From Bacteroidales bacterium (GTDB lineage Bacteria > Bacteroidota > Bacteroidia > Bacteroidales > VadinHA17), in the NCBI GenBank assembly GCA_034679225.1, contig JAXDBC010000038.1, forward strand, positions 10,595 to 74,594: a DNA stretch of 64,000 nt, given 5' to 3'. The position numbers and the translations under genes were made by a program. Positions 12,438 through 24,007 of this stretch are shown here, one piece after another. Position 1 is the stretch's first letter, and each line of letters opens with the position of its first letter. The notes below the pieces were generated by a model. That model searched no databases. It had not been told where the DNA came from and saw only the letters and a program-made list of their open reading frames with translations.

Positions 12438-13214
12438 ATGTTGTATTTAAAAACTGATGAAGAGATCGGATTGTTGAGGGAAAGCAATTTGCTGGTGTCA
12501 AAAACACTTGGGGAACTTGCATCGCTTATCAAACCGGGAGTAACAACTCTTTATCTTGACAGTATCGCGGAGGAATTTATACGGGACAACGGTGGAATCC
12601 CTGCTTTCAAGGGATACGGAGGTTTTCCCGCGACACTCTGTACATCTGTCAACGATGAGGTGGTTCACGGAATCCCTTCATCATACATCCTCAGAGAAGG
12701 AGATATTGTATCGCTCGACTGCGGTGTGATCCTAAACGGATGGTACGGTGACAGCGCTTTTACTTTTGCAGTGGGCGATATAGACGAATCAGTCAGACGC
12801 CTTATGGATGTCACAAGAGAGGCTCTTGAGGAAGGAGTAAAGGAAGCTATCGCCGGCAACAGGATCGGGGATGTTTCCAGGGCAGTTCAAAATAAGGCTG
12901 AAAGCGGAGGATATTCGGTGGTAAGGGAGCTTGTCGGTCATGGAATCGGGAAAAGCCTTCACGAACCACCCGAAGTGCCGAACTACGGACGGAGAGGTAC
13001 AGGGTCCAAAATGGAAAAAGGGCTTGTTATTTGCATAGAACCCATGATCAATCTCGGAAAGAAGGAGACAATCCAGATGAGGGACGGATGGACGATAAAG
13101 ACAATCGACGGCTTACCGTCGGCTCATTATGAATATGCCGTGGCTGTCGACAGGGGAAGAGCAGATGTATTAACAACTTTTAAATTTATTGATGAAGTTC
13201 TAAATAAATCGTAA
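12438..13214 (+). CDS. map: Type I methionine aminopeptidase
   Basis: [13 protein letters not shown] and HYEYAV metal-ligand motifs. ATG at 12438 preferred over TTG at 12435. Confidence 0.95.
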   Translation: MLYLKTDEEIGLLRESNLLVSKTLGELASLIKPGVTTLYLDSIAEEFIRDNGGIPAFKGYGGFPATLCTSVNDEVVHGIPSSYILREGDIVSLDCGVILNGWYGDSAFTFAVGDIDESVRRLMDVTREALEEGVKEAIAGNRIGDVSRAVQNKAESGGYSVVRELVGHGIGKSLHEPPEVPNYGRRGTGSKMEKGLVICIEPMINLGKKETIQMRDGWTIKTIDGLPSAHYEYAVAVDRGRADVLTTFKFIDEVLNKS

Positions 13215-13218
13215 TCGT

Positions 13219-13437
13219 ATGTCGAAGCAAGCATCAATCGAACAGGACGGTACTATCATCGAGGCTCTTTCCAATGCAATGTTCAGGGTAGAGCTCGAAA
13301 ACGGACACGTCATAACAGCACATATATCCGGCAAGATGAGGATGCATTATATCAAGATCCTCCCGGGTGACAAGGTCAAGGTGGAAATGTCGCCCTACGA
13401 CCTGACAAAGGGAAGAATAACATTCAGGTACAAATAA
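13219..13437 (+). CDS. infA: Translation initiation factor IF-1
   Basis: 72 aa, S1-like, [20 protein letters not shown]. Confidence 0.97.
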   Translation: MSKQASIEQDGTIIEALSNAMFRVELENGHVITAHISGKMRMHYIKILPGDKVKVEMSPYDLTKGRITFRYK

Positions 13438-13452
13438 GAAATATAATAGAAA

Positions 13453-13569
13453 ATGAAAGTAAGAACATCCGTTAAAAAGCGCAGCGCCGACTGCAAGATA
13501 GTAAGGCGTAAAGGGCGCTTGTATGTAATAAGCAAGAAAAATCCCAAGTTTAAACAGAGACAGGGATAA
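13453..13569 (+). CDS. rpmJ: 50S ribosomal protein L36 (38 aa, below the ORF-track cutoff)
   Basis: Hand translation gives [38 protein letters not shown] with TAA at 13567-13569. Slot between infA and rpsM. Confidence 0.93.
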   Translation: MKVRTSVKKRSADCKIVRRKGRLYVISKKNPKFKQRQG

Positions 13570-13607
13570 TTTATTTAATTTTGCAACTTATTTAAGAAAA
13601 GTAATAT

Positions 13608-13985
13608 ATGGCACGTATTGTTGGCATTGATTTACCAAGAAACAAAAGAGGTGAAGTAGGCCTTACCTATATCTATGGGGTGGGGAGAAGCACTGCTCAG
13701 AAAGTGCTTGATGAAGCCGGAGTCGACAGGAATACAAAGGTTTCGGAATGGACTGATGAGCAGATCAATTCAATTCGCCGCATCCTTGTTGATAATTACA
13801 AACTCGAGGGGGAGCTTCGTTCAGAAACCCAACTGAATATCAAACGACTTATGGATATAGGCTGTTACCGTGGTGTCCGTCACAGACTCGGCTTACCGGT
13901 CAGAGGACAAAGCACAAAAAACAATGCCAGAACGCGTAAAGGAAGAAAGAAGACCGTTGCTAACAAGAAAAAAGCTACTAAATAA
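13608..13985 (+). CDS. rpsM: 30S ribosomal protein S13
   Basis: [11 protein letters not shown]-terminus. Confidence 0.97.
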   Translation: MARIVGIDLPRNKRGEVGLTYIYGVGRSTAQKVLDEAGVDRNTKVSEWTDEQINSIRRILVDNYKLEGELRSETQLNIKRLMDIGCYRGVRHRLGLPVRGQSTKNNARTRKGRKKTVANKKKATK

Positions 13986-13992
13986 ATAGGAT

Positions 13993-14382
13993 ATGGCAAA
14001 GAAAACCGGAGCACAGAAGAAGCGGATCGTTAAGGTGGAACCGACCGGTCAGGCACACGTGCATTCATCATTCAATAACATCATTATAAGTCTGACAAAC
14101 AATTCAGGTCAGGTTATTTCATGGTCGTCAGCCGGTAAAATGGGCTTCAAGGGATCAAAGAAAAACACTCCTTATGCAGCTCAGATGGCTTCAGAAGAAT
14201 GCAGCAAGGTTGCCTACGACCTTGGCCTCAGGAAAGTGAAGGTATACGTTAAGGGACCGGGTGCAGGCCGTGAATCGGCAATAAGGTCGATACACAATTC
14301 AGGTATCGAAGTTACGGAAATCATCGATGTGACACCGATGCCTCATAACGGATGCCGCCCCCCGGCCAGAAGGAGAGTTTAA
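13993..14382 (+). CDS. rpsK: 30S ribosomal protein S11
   Basis: [14 protein letters not shown]...[11 protein letters not shown]. Confidence 0.97.
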   Translation: MAKKTGAQKKRIVKVEPTGQAHVHSSFNNIIISLTNNSGQVISWSSAGKMGFKGSKKNTPYAAQMASEECSKVAYDLGLRKVKVYVKGPGAGRESAIRSIHNSGIEVTEIIDVTPMPHNGCRPPARRRV

Positions 14383-14424
14383 TTTGTGACGCGAAGGATA
14401 GTAATTCAGTAAAATAATAGCACA

Positions 14425-15033
14425 ATGGCAAGATATACCGGCCCAAAATCAAGAATTGCACGAAAATTCGGGGAACCAATATTCGGACCCGACAAGCATC
14501 TCGACAGGAAAAACTTTCCTCCTGGCCAGCATGGTATGAACAAAAAAAGAAAAAAGACCTCGGAATACGGAATCCAGCTCAAGGAAAAACAAAAGGCCAA
14601 ATATACCTACGGAATCCTTGAAAGACAGTTTCACAGGACTTTCGACAAGGCCCAGAGAGCAAAAGGCGTAACCGGTGAGGTTCTCCTTCAACTCCTGGAG
14701 TCACGCCTCGATAACGTGGTATACCGGCTCGGGATTGCCCCGACAAGAGCAGCCGCGCGCCAGCTCGTTTCGCACAGACATATAACCGTTAACGGACAGG
14801 TGGTCAATATACCTTCATCCCAGCTGAAACCCGGAGATATTGTCGGAGTTCGCGAAAAATCAAAATCACTGGAGACAATAGTAGATTCACTTACAACAAG
14901 GAAATATTCAAAGCTTCCGTGGCTCGAGTGGGACGATGCCCAGATGGCAGGTAAGTTTATGACAGTACCTGAACGTTCTGATATTCCTGAAAACATCAGG
15001 GAACAGTTAATTGTTGAATTGTATTCGAAATAA
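14425..15033 (+). CDS. rpsD: 30S ribosomal protein S4
   Basis: [17 protein letters not shown]-terminus, S4 RNA-binding domain. Confidence 0.97.
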   Translation: MARYTGPKSRIARKFGEPIFGPDKHLDRKNFPPGQHGMNKKRKKTSEYGIQLKEKQKAKYTYGILERQFHRTFDKAQRAKGVTGEVLLQLLESRLDNVVYRLGIAPTRAAARQLVSHRHITVNGQVVNIPSSQLKPGDIVGVREKSKSLETIVDSLTTRKYSKLPWLEWDDAQMAGKFMTVPERSDIPENIREQLIVELYSK

Positions 15034-15050
15034 TTTTTAAGATAAGTTCT

Positions 15051-16043
15051 ATGGCCATTTTATCATTCCAGAAGCCCGACAAAGTTATAATGCTGGAAGC
15101 CACCGAGAGGTACGGCAAGTTCGAATTCCGTCCTCTGGAACCCGGCTATGGCATTACAGTGGGTAACGCCCTGAGAAGGATACTCCTGTCGTCGCTCGAA
15201 GGTTATGCCATCACTAGCGTGAAAATAGAAGGCATCGACCATGAGTTTTCCACTATAACAGGAGTCATCGAGGATGTTACGGAGATCATCCTGAACCTGA
15301 AACAGGTTCGCTTCAAAAGGACAGTCGAAGATGTTGATCACGAAAAGGTGATGATCAAGTTCACTGGCCAGGAAGTGTTCAAGGCCGGAGCACTGAACAG
15401 CGTTCTGAGCAGCTTCGAGGTTCTTAACCCCGATCAGGTAATACTGAGAATGGAAGCAGACGTCAAGCTCCAGATGGAACTTAATATAAACAAGGGAAGG
15501 GGATACGTACCGGCTGAGGAAAACCAGCCTGTCGACAGCGAATTCGGACTGATAGCAATCGATTCAATTTTCACCCCGATAAGGAATGTGAAATATACAG
15601 TTGAAAACTTCCGAGTTGAACAGAAAACCGACTACGAGAAACTTCTGCTCGAAATAGATACAGACGGATCAATCAATCCGAAGGAAGCATTGAAGGAGGC
15701 TGCAAAAATCCTGATATATCACTTCATGCTGTTCTCGGATGAGAAAATAACCATCGATTCGGAAGAAAAAATGGCAAACGAGGAATTTGATGAGGAAGTG
15801 CTTCATATGCGCCAGCTCCTCAAGAACAAGCTGGTCGACCTCGACCTCTCCGTAAGGGCTCTCAACTGCCTTAAGGCAGCTGAAGTGGAATCACTTGGTG
15901 ACCTTGTTAAGTTTAACAAGAATGATCTTCTCAAATTCAGGAATTTCGGGAAGAAATCACTCACCGAGCTCGAAGAATTGCTTGAGTCAATGAGCCTGAC
16001 ATTCGGAATGGATGTCAGTAAATACAAGTTAGACAGAGATTAA
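15051..16043 (+). CDS. rpoA: DNA-directed RNA polymerase subunit alpha
   Basis: 330 aa, N-terminal dimerisation domain and C-terminal [10 protein letters not shown] helix-hairpin-helix. Confidence 0.97.
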   Translation: MAILSFQKPDKVIMLEATERYGKFEFRPLEPGYGITVGNALRRILLSSLEGYAITSVKIEGIDHEFSTITGVIEDVTEIILNLKQVRFKRTVEDVDHEKVMIKFTGQEVFKAGALNSVLSSFEVLNPDQVILRMEADVKLQMELNINKGRGYVPAEENQPVDSEFGLIAIDSIFTPIRNVKYTVENFRVEQKTDYEKLLLEIDTDGSINPKEALKEAAKILIYHFMLFSDEKITIDSEEKMANEEFDEEVLHMRQLLKNKLVDLDLSVRALNCLKAAEVESLGDLVKFNKNDLLKFRNFGKKSLTELEELLESMSLTFGMDVSKYKLDRD

Positions 16044-16070
16044 GTTGAAACAAGGTAAGGAAATAGAGAA

Positions 16071-16613
16071 ATGCGACATCAGAGAGTAATAAATCACCTT
16101 GGAAGAAAAAGCTCGCACAGGAAATCGATGATTTCCAATATGGCTTCATCGCTCATCCTTCACAAAAGGATAAAAACCACCACTGCAAAGGCTAAAGTGC
16201 TCAGGACATTCGTGGAACCCTTGATTACAAAATCGAAGGAAGACTCAACCCACTCGAGAAGGGTTGTCTTCGGATACCTGAAGGACAAAGAGGCAGTTGC
16301 TGAGCTTTTCAGGGAAATATCACCCAAAATAGCCGAAAGGCCGGGAGGATATACAAGAATACTGAAAACGGGGAACCGTATCGGCGACAACGCTGAAATG
16401 TGCATAATCGAACTGGTCGACTTCAACGAGACGATGCAGGGAACAGAAGCTGCCAAACCAAAAGCTGCCAGGAGAAGAAGATCATCAAAGAAAAGCGAAA
16501 CGGAAAAGGCTGATGCAAAAGCAGGAAAAACCGCGTCTGCAAAAGCAAAAAAGAGCACAAAGGAACCGAAGATTGAGGAGGAATCCGAATCCGGAGCGGA
16601 AGAAAAAGAATAG
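16071..16613 (+). CDS. rplQ: 50S ribosomal protein L17 with Lys/Glu/Ala-rich C-terminal tail
   Basis: [21 protein letters not shown]-terminus. About 55 aa of low-complexity tail. Confidence 0.96.
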   Translation: MRHQRVINHLGRKSSHRKSMISNMASSLILHKRIKTTTAKAKVLRTFVEPLITKSKEDSTHSRRVVFGYLKDKEAVAELFREISPKIAERPGGYTRILKTGNRIGDNAEMCIIELVDFNETMQGTEAAKPKAARRRRSSKKSETEKADAKAGKTASAKAKKSTKEPKIEEESESGAEEKE

Positions 16614-16620
16614 CGGATGA

Positions 16621-17985
<1,365 letters not shown>

Positions 17986-18005
17986 GAGGATAATTTGATT
18001 TTTTC

Positions 18006-18040
18006 ATCCCCCGGAGTTTATGGCTACGGGGGATTTTTTT
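18006..18040 (+). terminator. Intrinsic terminator after eno
   Basis: ATCCCCCG / CGGGGGAT 8-bp stem followed by T7. Confidence 0.7.
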
Positions 18041-18170
18041 GAGCGTTATAACAATGTAATAACCTGGTTATTAATCTGATATAAAGTTATTAACAATTGT
18101 TGATAACTCATGTTTATATCGCGTGTACAATAACAGACATCCTCTCCATTGCCATATCATATTCTTAATG

Positions 18171-18178
18171 TACATTTG
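18171..18178 (+). promoter_or_regulatory. Bacteroidota-type -7 box (TAcaTTTG) preceding the structured segment
   Basis: Exact TAnnTTTG match about 8-12 nt before the AT-rich to GC-rich transition at about 18186. Confidence 0.4.
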
Positions 18179-18185
18179 TTCTATC

Positions 18186-18660
18186 AGGTGAGCGATAAAA
18201 GACTGCTCAAATGATGTGGAACAGGGAAAGGCTTCTTAACTGAAGCCCGAACAGGTTCGGTCAGACCTTCGGGACTGCATATCAGGAGAGCCGAAGCCCT
18301 GGAAAATGAACTCCGGTTCAGGATACCAGGCAGATCGATGAAACCGGAAACGTTCTTTCAACGATTCAGTCACAGGGCAGGCAGAAGAAAACGGGTTTCG
18401 GCACGTAAAATTTTCTGCAACTGGTACAGATCCTCCGGGAAATGACATCAGTCAGCCTGAATGACGCTTCGTCCCGGAAGCCCGGTCGCGGGACCGGACA
18501 AAAGGACAGCAGGAAGGTAAAGCTGTAACAGGCATTACCGGAACGCCAGGGGCTGATCCCGTATCAGGAAAATCAGCCGGTCAGAATAACAGTAACCTGA
18601 CGCCCGTCGCGGCTTCGGTTGCAAAAGGCGAATGGGAACTATTCAAACGAGTAGTTCCCA
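18186..18660 (+). ncRNA. Candidate large structured ncRNA, family not recognised
   Basis: About 470 nt with no credible ORF, GC and purine enrichment against about 30% GC flanks, and at least 10 local hairpins. One is a UUCG-loop stem needing G-U pairs on the + strand only. A terminal 8-bp hairpin lies at 18634-18659. Confidence 0.45.
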
Positions 18661-18772
18661 TTACTGTTTTATATACTTCCTTTGTTCAAATACACTACCC
18701 GGTTTTCCGAACCTTCCGGCAACATGCTTTTTTCACGTCTTTTACTAACTTTGATTCATTTATTTCCATTAT

Positions 18773-20665
18773 ATGCCTTATTCCGGACTTGCCGATTTTA
18801 TAACACAGCTTGAGAAGGCCGGTGAACTGCACCGGATAAGCTCCTTTGCCGATCCTGTTCTCGAAATAGCGGAAATAACCGACCGGATAGTGAAAACCGG
18901 GGGGAAAGCCCTCCTTTTTGAAAATAACGGTACCCGCTTCCCCCTTCTTATTAATGCCTACGGCTCGGAAAGACGACTTTCAATGGCACTCGGAACAGAC
19001 GATATCTCCGGCACAGCCGGGGAACTGGAAAAGCTGTTCAATATGCTCACCGGCCCCGCCGGATCGATGTCCGGCAGAATAAGATCACTGCCTGAACTGA
19101 TCAGGATTGCCGGGTATCTTCCCCTTAATGTCCGCGGGAGAGGAAGATGCCGGCAGGTGATTCACGGCAAACCCGACCTGACGATGTTTCCGGTTCTTAA
19201 ATGCTGGCCCCACGACGGGGGCAGATTCATAACACTGCCTGTCGTTCATACACGGCACCCTGTTACCGGAAAGACAAATGCCGGAATGTACCGGATGCAG
19301 GTGTTCGGACCCGATACTGCTGGAATGCACTGGCACAGGCACAAAACGGGTGCAAACCATTATGAGGAATGGAAGAAGACAGGAAAGAAAATGCCGGTTT
19401 CGGTTTCACTCGGGGGCGATCCCGTTTATGCATATTGTGCAACTGCACCTTTACCTGAAAATATAAACGAATACATACTTGCCGGCTTCCTCAGGAAAAA
19501 GAGAGTTAAAATGGTGAAATGCCTTACCAATGATCTATATGTTCCGGCTGATGCCGATATTGTAATCGAGGGATATGTCGATCCTGCTGAACCGCCGGTA
19601 TTGGAGGGACCTTTCGGGGATCATACAGGTTTTTACAGTCTGGCTGACCTGTATCCCATTTTTCATGTGACCTGCATCACGCACGCGGCCGATGCCGTTT
19701 ACCCTGCAACCATTGTAGGGATACCGCCCCACGAGGACGCGTGGCTCGCGCTGGCAACCGAAAAAATATTCCTGGCACCCCTGAAGCTGGCCATTCAGCC
19801 GGAAATAATCGATTTTCACATGCCGGTGGCCGGCGTTGCCCATAACCTGGTTATAGTGAAGATAAAAAAGAGCTTCCCCGGGCAGGGGATGAAGGTTATC
19901 AGCTCCCTTTCGGGAGCGGGACAGATGATGTTCACAAAATACATGGTAGTGGTAAGCGGCGATGTCGACATAAGGAATTACAGGGAGCTTGCAGCTCATG
20001 TTGCTGAGAACACGGTGCCGGAGAAGGATTTTGTGTTTAACTCCGGACCTATGGATGTCCTGGATCATTCGTCCGGCAGTTTTTCATTCGGAGGAAAGGC
20101 AGGGGTGGATGCTACGGTAAAACTCCCTGAAGAGACAGGGGGGATACGACCGGCCGGAATATCTTCGGATCCGCGTGACATTGATCCGGCAGGCATCCTG
20201 AATGTACCCTTCATAAAGGGATTCAGGGAATACAGGGTAAACGGCAGGAATAAAATTCTTTTGCTTGGCGCCAATCCTTCGGAAGACAGCGGAAGTGTTG
20301 ACAGGATATGCCGGTTTCTGAAAGAAAACTCCGGCTTGCTGAGCTATTGTCTGGTTTTGGTGCTCGATCACACTGTTGACCTTGATGATATGAATATTGC
20401 AGCCTGGCAGTTGCTTGGAAACTCCGATCCCGTGAGAGATCATTGCTTTATAGCCCCCGGATCGGTACTGATTGACGGAACCATGAAGGTTTACCGGGAG
20501 GGAGGCTTCCCGCGGCCGTGGCCGAATGTTGTATGTGCCGGCAGGGAAACAATAGAAAGCGTTGACAAAAAATGGGATTCCCTTGGTTTTGACCGTTTTG
20601 TACCTTCCTTTTCACTCAGGTACTCAGGTCTTTTAAGAGATGGCGGGGATACTGTATTCTTCTGA
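18773..20665 (+). CDS. UbiD-family (menaquinone/ubiquinone biosynthesis-type) decarboxylase, long 630-aa form
   Basis: N-terminal ADFITQLEKAGELHRIS and GGRFITLP, GMYRMQV, GPFGDHTGFY motifs typical of UbiD. Own TAacTTTG box at 18746-18753. Confidence 0.85.
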   Translation: MPYSGLADFITQLEKAGELHRISSFADPVLEIAEITDRIVKTGGKALLFENNGTRFPLLINAYGSERRLSMALGTDDISGTAGELEKLFNMLTGPAGSMSGRIRSLPELIRIAGYLPLNVRGRGRCRQVIHGKPDLTMFPVLKCWPHDGGRFITLPVVHTRHPVTGKTNAGMYRMQVFGPDTAGMHWHRHKTGANHYEEWKKTGKKMPVSVSLGGDPVYAYCATAPLPENINEYILAGFLRKKRVKMVKCLTNDLYVPADADIVIEGYVDPAEPPVLEGPFGDHTGFYSLADLYPIFHVTCITHAADAVYPATIVGIPPHEDAWLALATEKIFLAPLKLAIQPEIIDFHMPVAGVAHNLVIVKIKKSFPGQGMKVISSLSGAGQMMFTKYMVVVSGDVDIRNYRELAAHVAENTVPEKDFVFNSGPMDVLDHSSGSFSFGGKAGVDATVKLPEETGGIRPAGISSDPRDIDPAGILNVPFIKGFREYRVNGRNKILLLGANPSEDSGSVDRICRFLKENSGLLSYCLVLVLDHTVDLDDMNIAAWQLLGNSDPVRDHCFIAPGSVLIDGTMKVYREGGFPRPWPNVVCAGRETIESVDKKWDSLGFDRFVPSFSLRYSGLLRDGGDTVFF

Positions 20666-20736
20666 AAGTGCCGTGGAAAGTTTCCGGAACTGAACATGGA
20701 ATGGCCGGATATGAACACTTATGAATATTTATGTAG

Positions 20737-22077
20737 TCAGAGCAGCTGACTGATCTTTTCAAGCAGCATTTCAGGATGAAATGGCTTTGAAATATAATCA
20801 TCAATCCCTGACGAAAGGCATAATTCCTTGTCTCCTATCATTGCATTGGCAGTTATGGCAATTACCGGCACATGTTTCCCGGAACCTGCTTCCTTTTCAC
20901 GGATCTTTTCAGCCGCCTCTATCCCGTCCATCACCGGCATCACAATATCCATAAGGATCAGGTCATATTCCGATTCCCTGAGTTTTTCCATTGCTTCGCT
21001 GCCGTTTGAAGCCGTATCGACCGTGCCGGCGAAGGGTTTGAGCATTAACAGGGTAGTATCCCGGTTTAACAGGTTATCTTCAACAAGAAGTATCCTGGCA
21101 TCCTTTATTTCCTTCCGGACTCTTTCCTTTTCAGAGATGGTTTCCTTTTCAGAGTGTCCTGCCTGAAGCACTCCGGGGGAAGAACAGCTGAAAGGCATCC
21201 TGATATTCAGTACAGAGAAATTCTCACCCAGTTCCTGACTGAAACTGCCCTTTTTCCGGGATATCAGCCGTGCGGCAAGCTGACCGGCAGTACCTTCATG
21301 ATCAATGAAACTGATTCTTCTGTCGGTCTGTATTCTCAGGTATAGATTATTCAATTGCTTCGTTTGTTTCTCCTTCTTTACACTGATATTGACCTTTACA
21401 GGTATTCCCGATTGTCCAGCTTCTATGGTATTGAATATATCGAGAAGAATCTGTTTTATTATTATCGGATCGCCGCTGCATTCATATTCACTGAAATCCT
21501 TTTTGCTGAAGATAAAGTCGAGCTTTGCCTTCTCCTTTTGCCTGAAAAGGTCGATGGTGTTCTGAATCGTTGAAAGCATGTTGTATCTTATGGCTTTGCG
21601 TTTGCCAAAGCTTATGCTGCCTGCCGATTCCATAGTTAACTCATTGACAATTGTAACCATGTTGTTTGTAGAGGCAATGAAGGTTTCCAGCAGTTCCTTC
21701 TGCTTTTTCTGAAGTTCGGTGTTGAGAAGAAGGTCGGAAATTACAACGAGATTATTGAGCGGCTCACGGATCCTGTGAGAAAACCCGGTGATTACATCCT
21801 CTTTCTTCTCTCCAGAGCTTGAAGCTTCTTCAATCGATTCCCTGACGGTTTTCAGCAGGGAGCCGGTTTTGCGGAATACCAGGATCTGCATGGTGGCGCC
21901 TGCTATTATCAGGATGCCGCAGGGCAGGCGCACGTCGAACGACAGGAGAACTATTGCAAGAATAAGGCAGATGAGCGAAACTATTGAATAGACCTCGATC
22001 AGATTCCTTCTTCCGGCAAATTCTTCCCCGGAATACATACTTCCGGAATTAGCTGTGCCATTAACGTTTATTGTCAT
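20737..22077 (-). CDS. Hybrid sensor histidine kinase / response regulator with degenerate ATPase region
   Basis: One N-terminal hydrophobic membrane-anchor segment (possibly two TM helices), H-box [11 protein letters not shown]-terminal receiver (LLVEDN...[13 protein letters not shown]...KPF). Confidence 0.8.
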   Translation of the reverse strand: MTINVNGTANSGSMYSGEEFAGRRNLIEVYSIVSLICLILAIVLLSFDVRLPCGILIIAGATMQILVFRKTGSLLKTVRESIEEASSSGEKKEDVITGFSHRIREPLNNLVVISDLLLNTELQKKQKELLETFIASTNNMVTIVNELTMESAGSISFGKRKAIRYNMLSTIQNTIDLFRQKEKAKLDFIFSKKDFSEYECSGDPIIIKQILLDIFNTIEAGQSGIPVKVNISVKKEKQTKQLNNLYLRIQTDRRISFIDHEGTAGQLAARLISRKKGSFSQELGENFSVLNIRMPFSCSSPGVLQAGHSEKETISEKERVRKEIKDARILLVEDNLLNRDTTLLMLKPFAGTVDTASNGSEAMEKLRESEYDLILMDIVMPVMDGIEAAEKIREKEAGSGKHVPVIAITANAMIGDKELCLSSGIDDYISKPFHPEMLLEKISQLL

Positions 22078-22229
22078 TGTACTATGTCAGATGTATTGTA
22101 GAAATGTAAAATAAATCTCATTGGTGATAAATATCCATTCAATTAGATAACGTTACTATGCAGGAAAATCTTATTTTTGTTTTTGTGGTATAGTTTTTGA
22201 ACCTTCAGATATATAAATCATCTGCCAAT

Positions 22230-23009
22230 ATGAAGACGATAATCAGGGTTTTGCTGGTGTTCGCGGTGATTTCCGCCGGCGGATCTTTTTATCCGGCTGC
22301 CGGGCAGGAAAATGACGGGATGGTCGAATATACACCCGACTTCCGGTTCGAAGACGGTATTTACCTGAATTTCGATCAGGTTAAGACAAACAAGCCCATA
22401 CCAAAGGCAAAGATTCTGACTTCGACCGATTACAATGACAAGGATTTTTTCAAGAATCTGCTGGAGTCGGACAAAATCTACTTTTACGACGCGATGGGAG
22501 TCAGACAGGAAATTGACAAGTCGGAGATATGGGCATTTGCCAGGAACGGTATACTGTATATTCAGGTACAGGGGAACTTCAACAGGATAACTTTTATAGG
22601 GAGTATCTGCCATTTTGTTGCCGACGTGACATCGTATGACAACAGGTACTACAATTATCCTTACGGGTATTACGATCCCTACATGTCCTATCCTTACTAC
22701 AGGTACCCTTACAGCCTTTACAGTCCCTATTCCTATGGTAACTACTATTCTCCGTACGGACCTTATTATTCTCCTTACAGAAATAATATCGGGCGCAATG
22801 AGCTAAGGCAGTATCTTATTGATTTTGACACGGGTAATGTCCTGGAATATGATGTTGAGAATACGGAGCTTTTGCTTATGAAGGACCAGGAGCTTTACGA
22901 GGAATACATGCATCTCGCGAGAAAAAAGAGAAAGGATTTGATGTTTGTTTACATACGCAAGTTTAACGAAAGGAATCCTCTGTATATTCCTTCAAACCAG
23001 GGACTTTAA
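22230..23009 (+). CDS. Secreted hypothetical protein with Tyr/Pro-rich low-complexity block
   Basis: Signal peptide MKTIIRVLLVFAVISAGG from the ATG at 22230. About 50 aa YxPY-type tract (YNYPYGYYDPYMSYPYYRYPYSLYSPYSYGNYYSPYGPYYSPY). Confidence 0.7.
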   Translation: MKTIIRVLLVFAVISAGGSFYPAAGQENDGMVEYTPDFRFEDGIYLNFDQVKTNKPIPKAKILTSTDYNDKDFFKNLLESDKIYFYDAMGVRQEIDKSEIWAFARNGILYIQVQGNFNRITFIGSICHFVADVTSYDNRYYNYPYGYYDPYMSYPYYRYPYSLYSPYSYGNYYSPYGPYYSPYRNNIGRNELRQYLIDFDTGNVLEYDVENTELLLMKDQELYEEYMHLARKKRKDLMFVYIRKFNERNPLYIPSNQGL

Positions 23010-23855
23010 ATGAAGAGACTTTTTTTGTTCTTTCAGCTGACAGTTTTCTGCGGATTACTGTCCGGGCAGGCGCCTTTTCCTTCAGGCAGTGAAATCAGGC
23101 AGTTTATGTCATCCACAACATGTGTCGTGCTTGAAAGCGGCAACACAATCTATAATGCATATATCAGGCAGGCAGTTACGGAATATTGGACCGTCACGCC
23201 TTTCGAGTTCATAAATCAGGACGATTTTGATGAAAAACGCGGCGACCCTGCCTTCTCCTTCCTTATCCTTACCGAAACACGTCCGGCCAACGACAAGTCG
23301 GGCTCCTCATATAATTTTTTAAACCTTCTACAGGGTAAGAATGTACCTGAAATAGGTAAAATGCCTGAGATATCGGCAATTCCCCTTTCAGCCGGCGGAG
23401 AGGACGATCTGGAATACGGGTATAAACTGGGTGCAATATTGTTGTTTATGCAGAATCATGCCCGTCTGATAGCTGAAAACCCCATGATGGTAGGCAGAAG
23501 ATTGCTAAGCTATTACAACCGGTTCACCCCCGAAGTAAGGAGCAGGAAGATACTTGCAACAGAGGCGGATCTTTCACCGGCTCTTGCTTCCGCGGATAAA
23601 ATAAAAGAACTGTATCCTTACGATTTTGAGATTGTTTCAGAAGATGAGATTGTCACGGCTATTCATGAAAAGACACCCAATATACTGATCCTGCATAAAG
23701 TAGGTCCCGGAGAGGATGCGACGGCAGGTTTCTGTTACAAGATGCTTTTCGGAACCGACGATTCGGGTTTATATTACTACAACCAGCACAGGATAGATGG
23801 GAATAACCCCAACGGACTGCTTCCCGCGGATCTGAAGCGTTTTATCAGGCCCTGA
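23010..23855 (+). CDS. Secreted hypothetical protein
   Basis: 281-aa ORF with signal peptide, TAAATG junction with the upstream gene. Confidence 0.7.
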   Translation: MKRLFLFFQLTVFCGLLSGQAPFPSGSEIRQFMSSTTCVVLESGNTIYNAYIRQAVTEYWTVTPFEFINQDDFDEKRGDPAFSFLILTETRPANDKSGSSYNFLNLLQGKNVPEIGKMPEISAIPLSAGGEDDLEYGYKLGAILLFMQNHARLIAENPMMVGRRLLSYYNRFTPEVRSRKILATEADLSPALASADKIKELYPYDFEIVSEDEIVTAIHEKTPNILILHKVGPGEDATAGFCYKMLFGTDDSGLYYYNQHRIDGNNPNGLLPADLKRFIRP

Positions 23856-23902
23856 AATGCAACATCTGCCGGGGAAAAGCGTCTTTTAGCAAAAGAGTCG
23901 TC

Positions 23903-23989
23903 ATGAAACCCATGTCTGTCGAACACAAAAACACGTATTTACATAATTTTCAGTCATGTGGCTTGCCCCGCCTGAGCGGGCACCTTTAA
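23903..23989 (+). repeat. ATG-headed repeat module, copy 2 (28-codon open frame MKPMSVEHKNTYLHNFQSCGLPRLSGHL)
   Basis: Aligns without indels over 26 codons to the copies at 62400 and 42656(-). Its stop lies 18 nt before the ATG at 24008. Confidence 0.6.
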
Positions 23990-24007
23990 ATCAAAAATAA
24001 TAACCCG

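Noticed and set aside
13453-13569. L36 lacking the CxxC...CxxxH zinc ribbon (single Cys), and S14 in the long form without the Cys pairs, as signs of zinc-sparing paralogues
   Set aside because: They are the only copies in the canonical operon slots. Non-zinc forms as the primary copies are a known lineage feature, so this is not a regulatory paralogue system.
16440-16613. Lys/Glu/Ala-rich 55-aa tail on L17
   Set aside because: Low-complexity extensions on ribosomal proteins are common, and nothing specific can be tested from the sequence alone.
18236-18448. 70-aa antisense ORF inside the candidate ncRNA region
   Set aside because: No start context, odd composition and no homologous-looking motif. 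The region is better explained by RNA structure on the + strand.
18186-18660. Identity as RNase P RNA, tmRNA, SRP RNA, or a cobalamin, SAM-I or Moco riboswitch leader of the UbiD-family gene
   Set aside because: The universal P4 strands (GAGGAAAGUCC / ACAGAA.CCGGCUUA), the tmRNA acceptor end and tag ORF, the SRP GGAA-loop helix, the B12 box/GCCACUG and the S-box core are all absent by eye. The downstream gene has its own -7 box 20 nt before its ATG. Only a covariance-model search can settle this.
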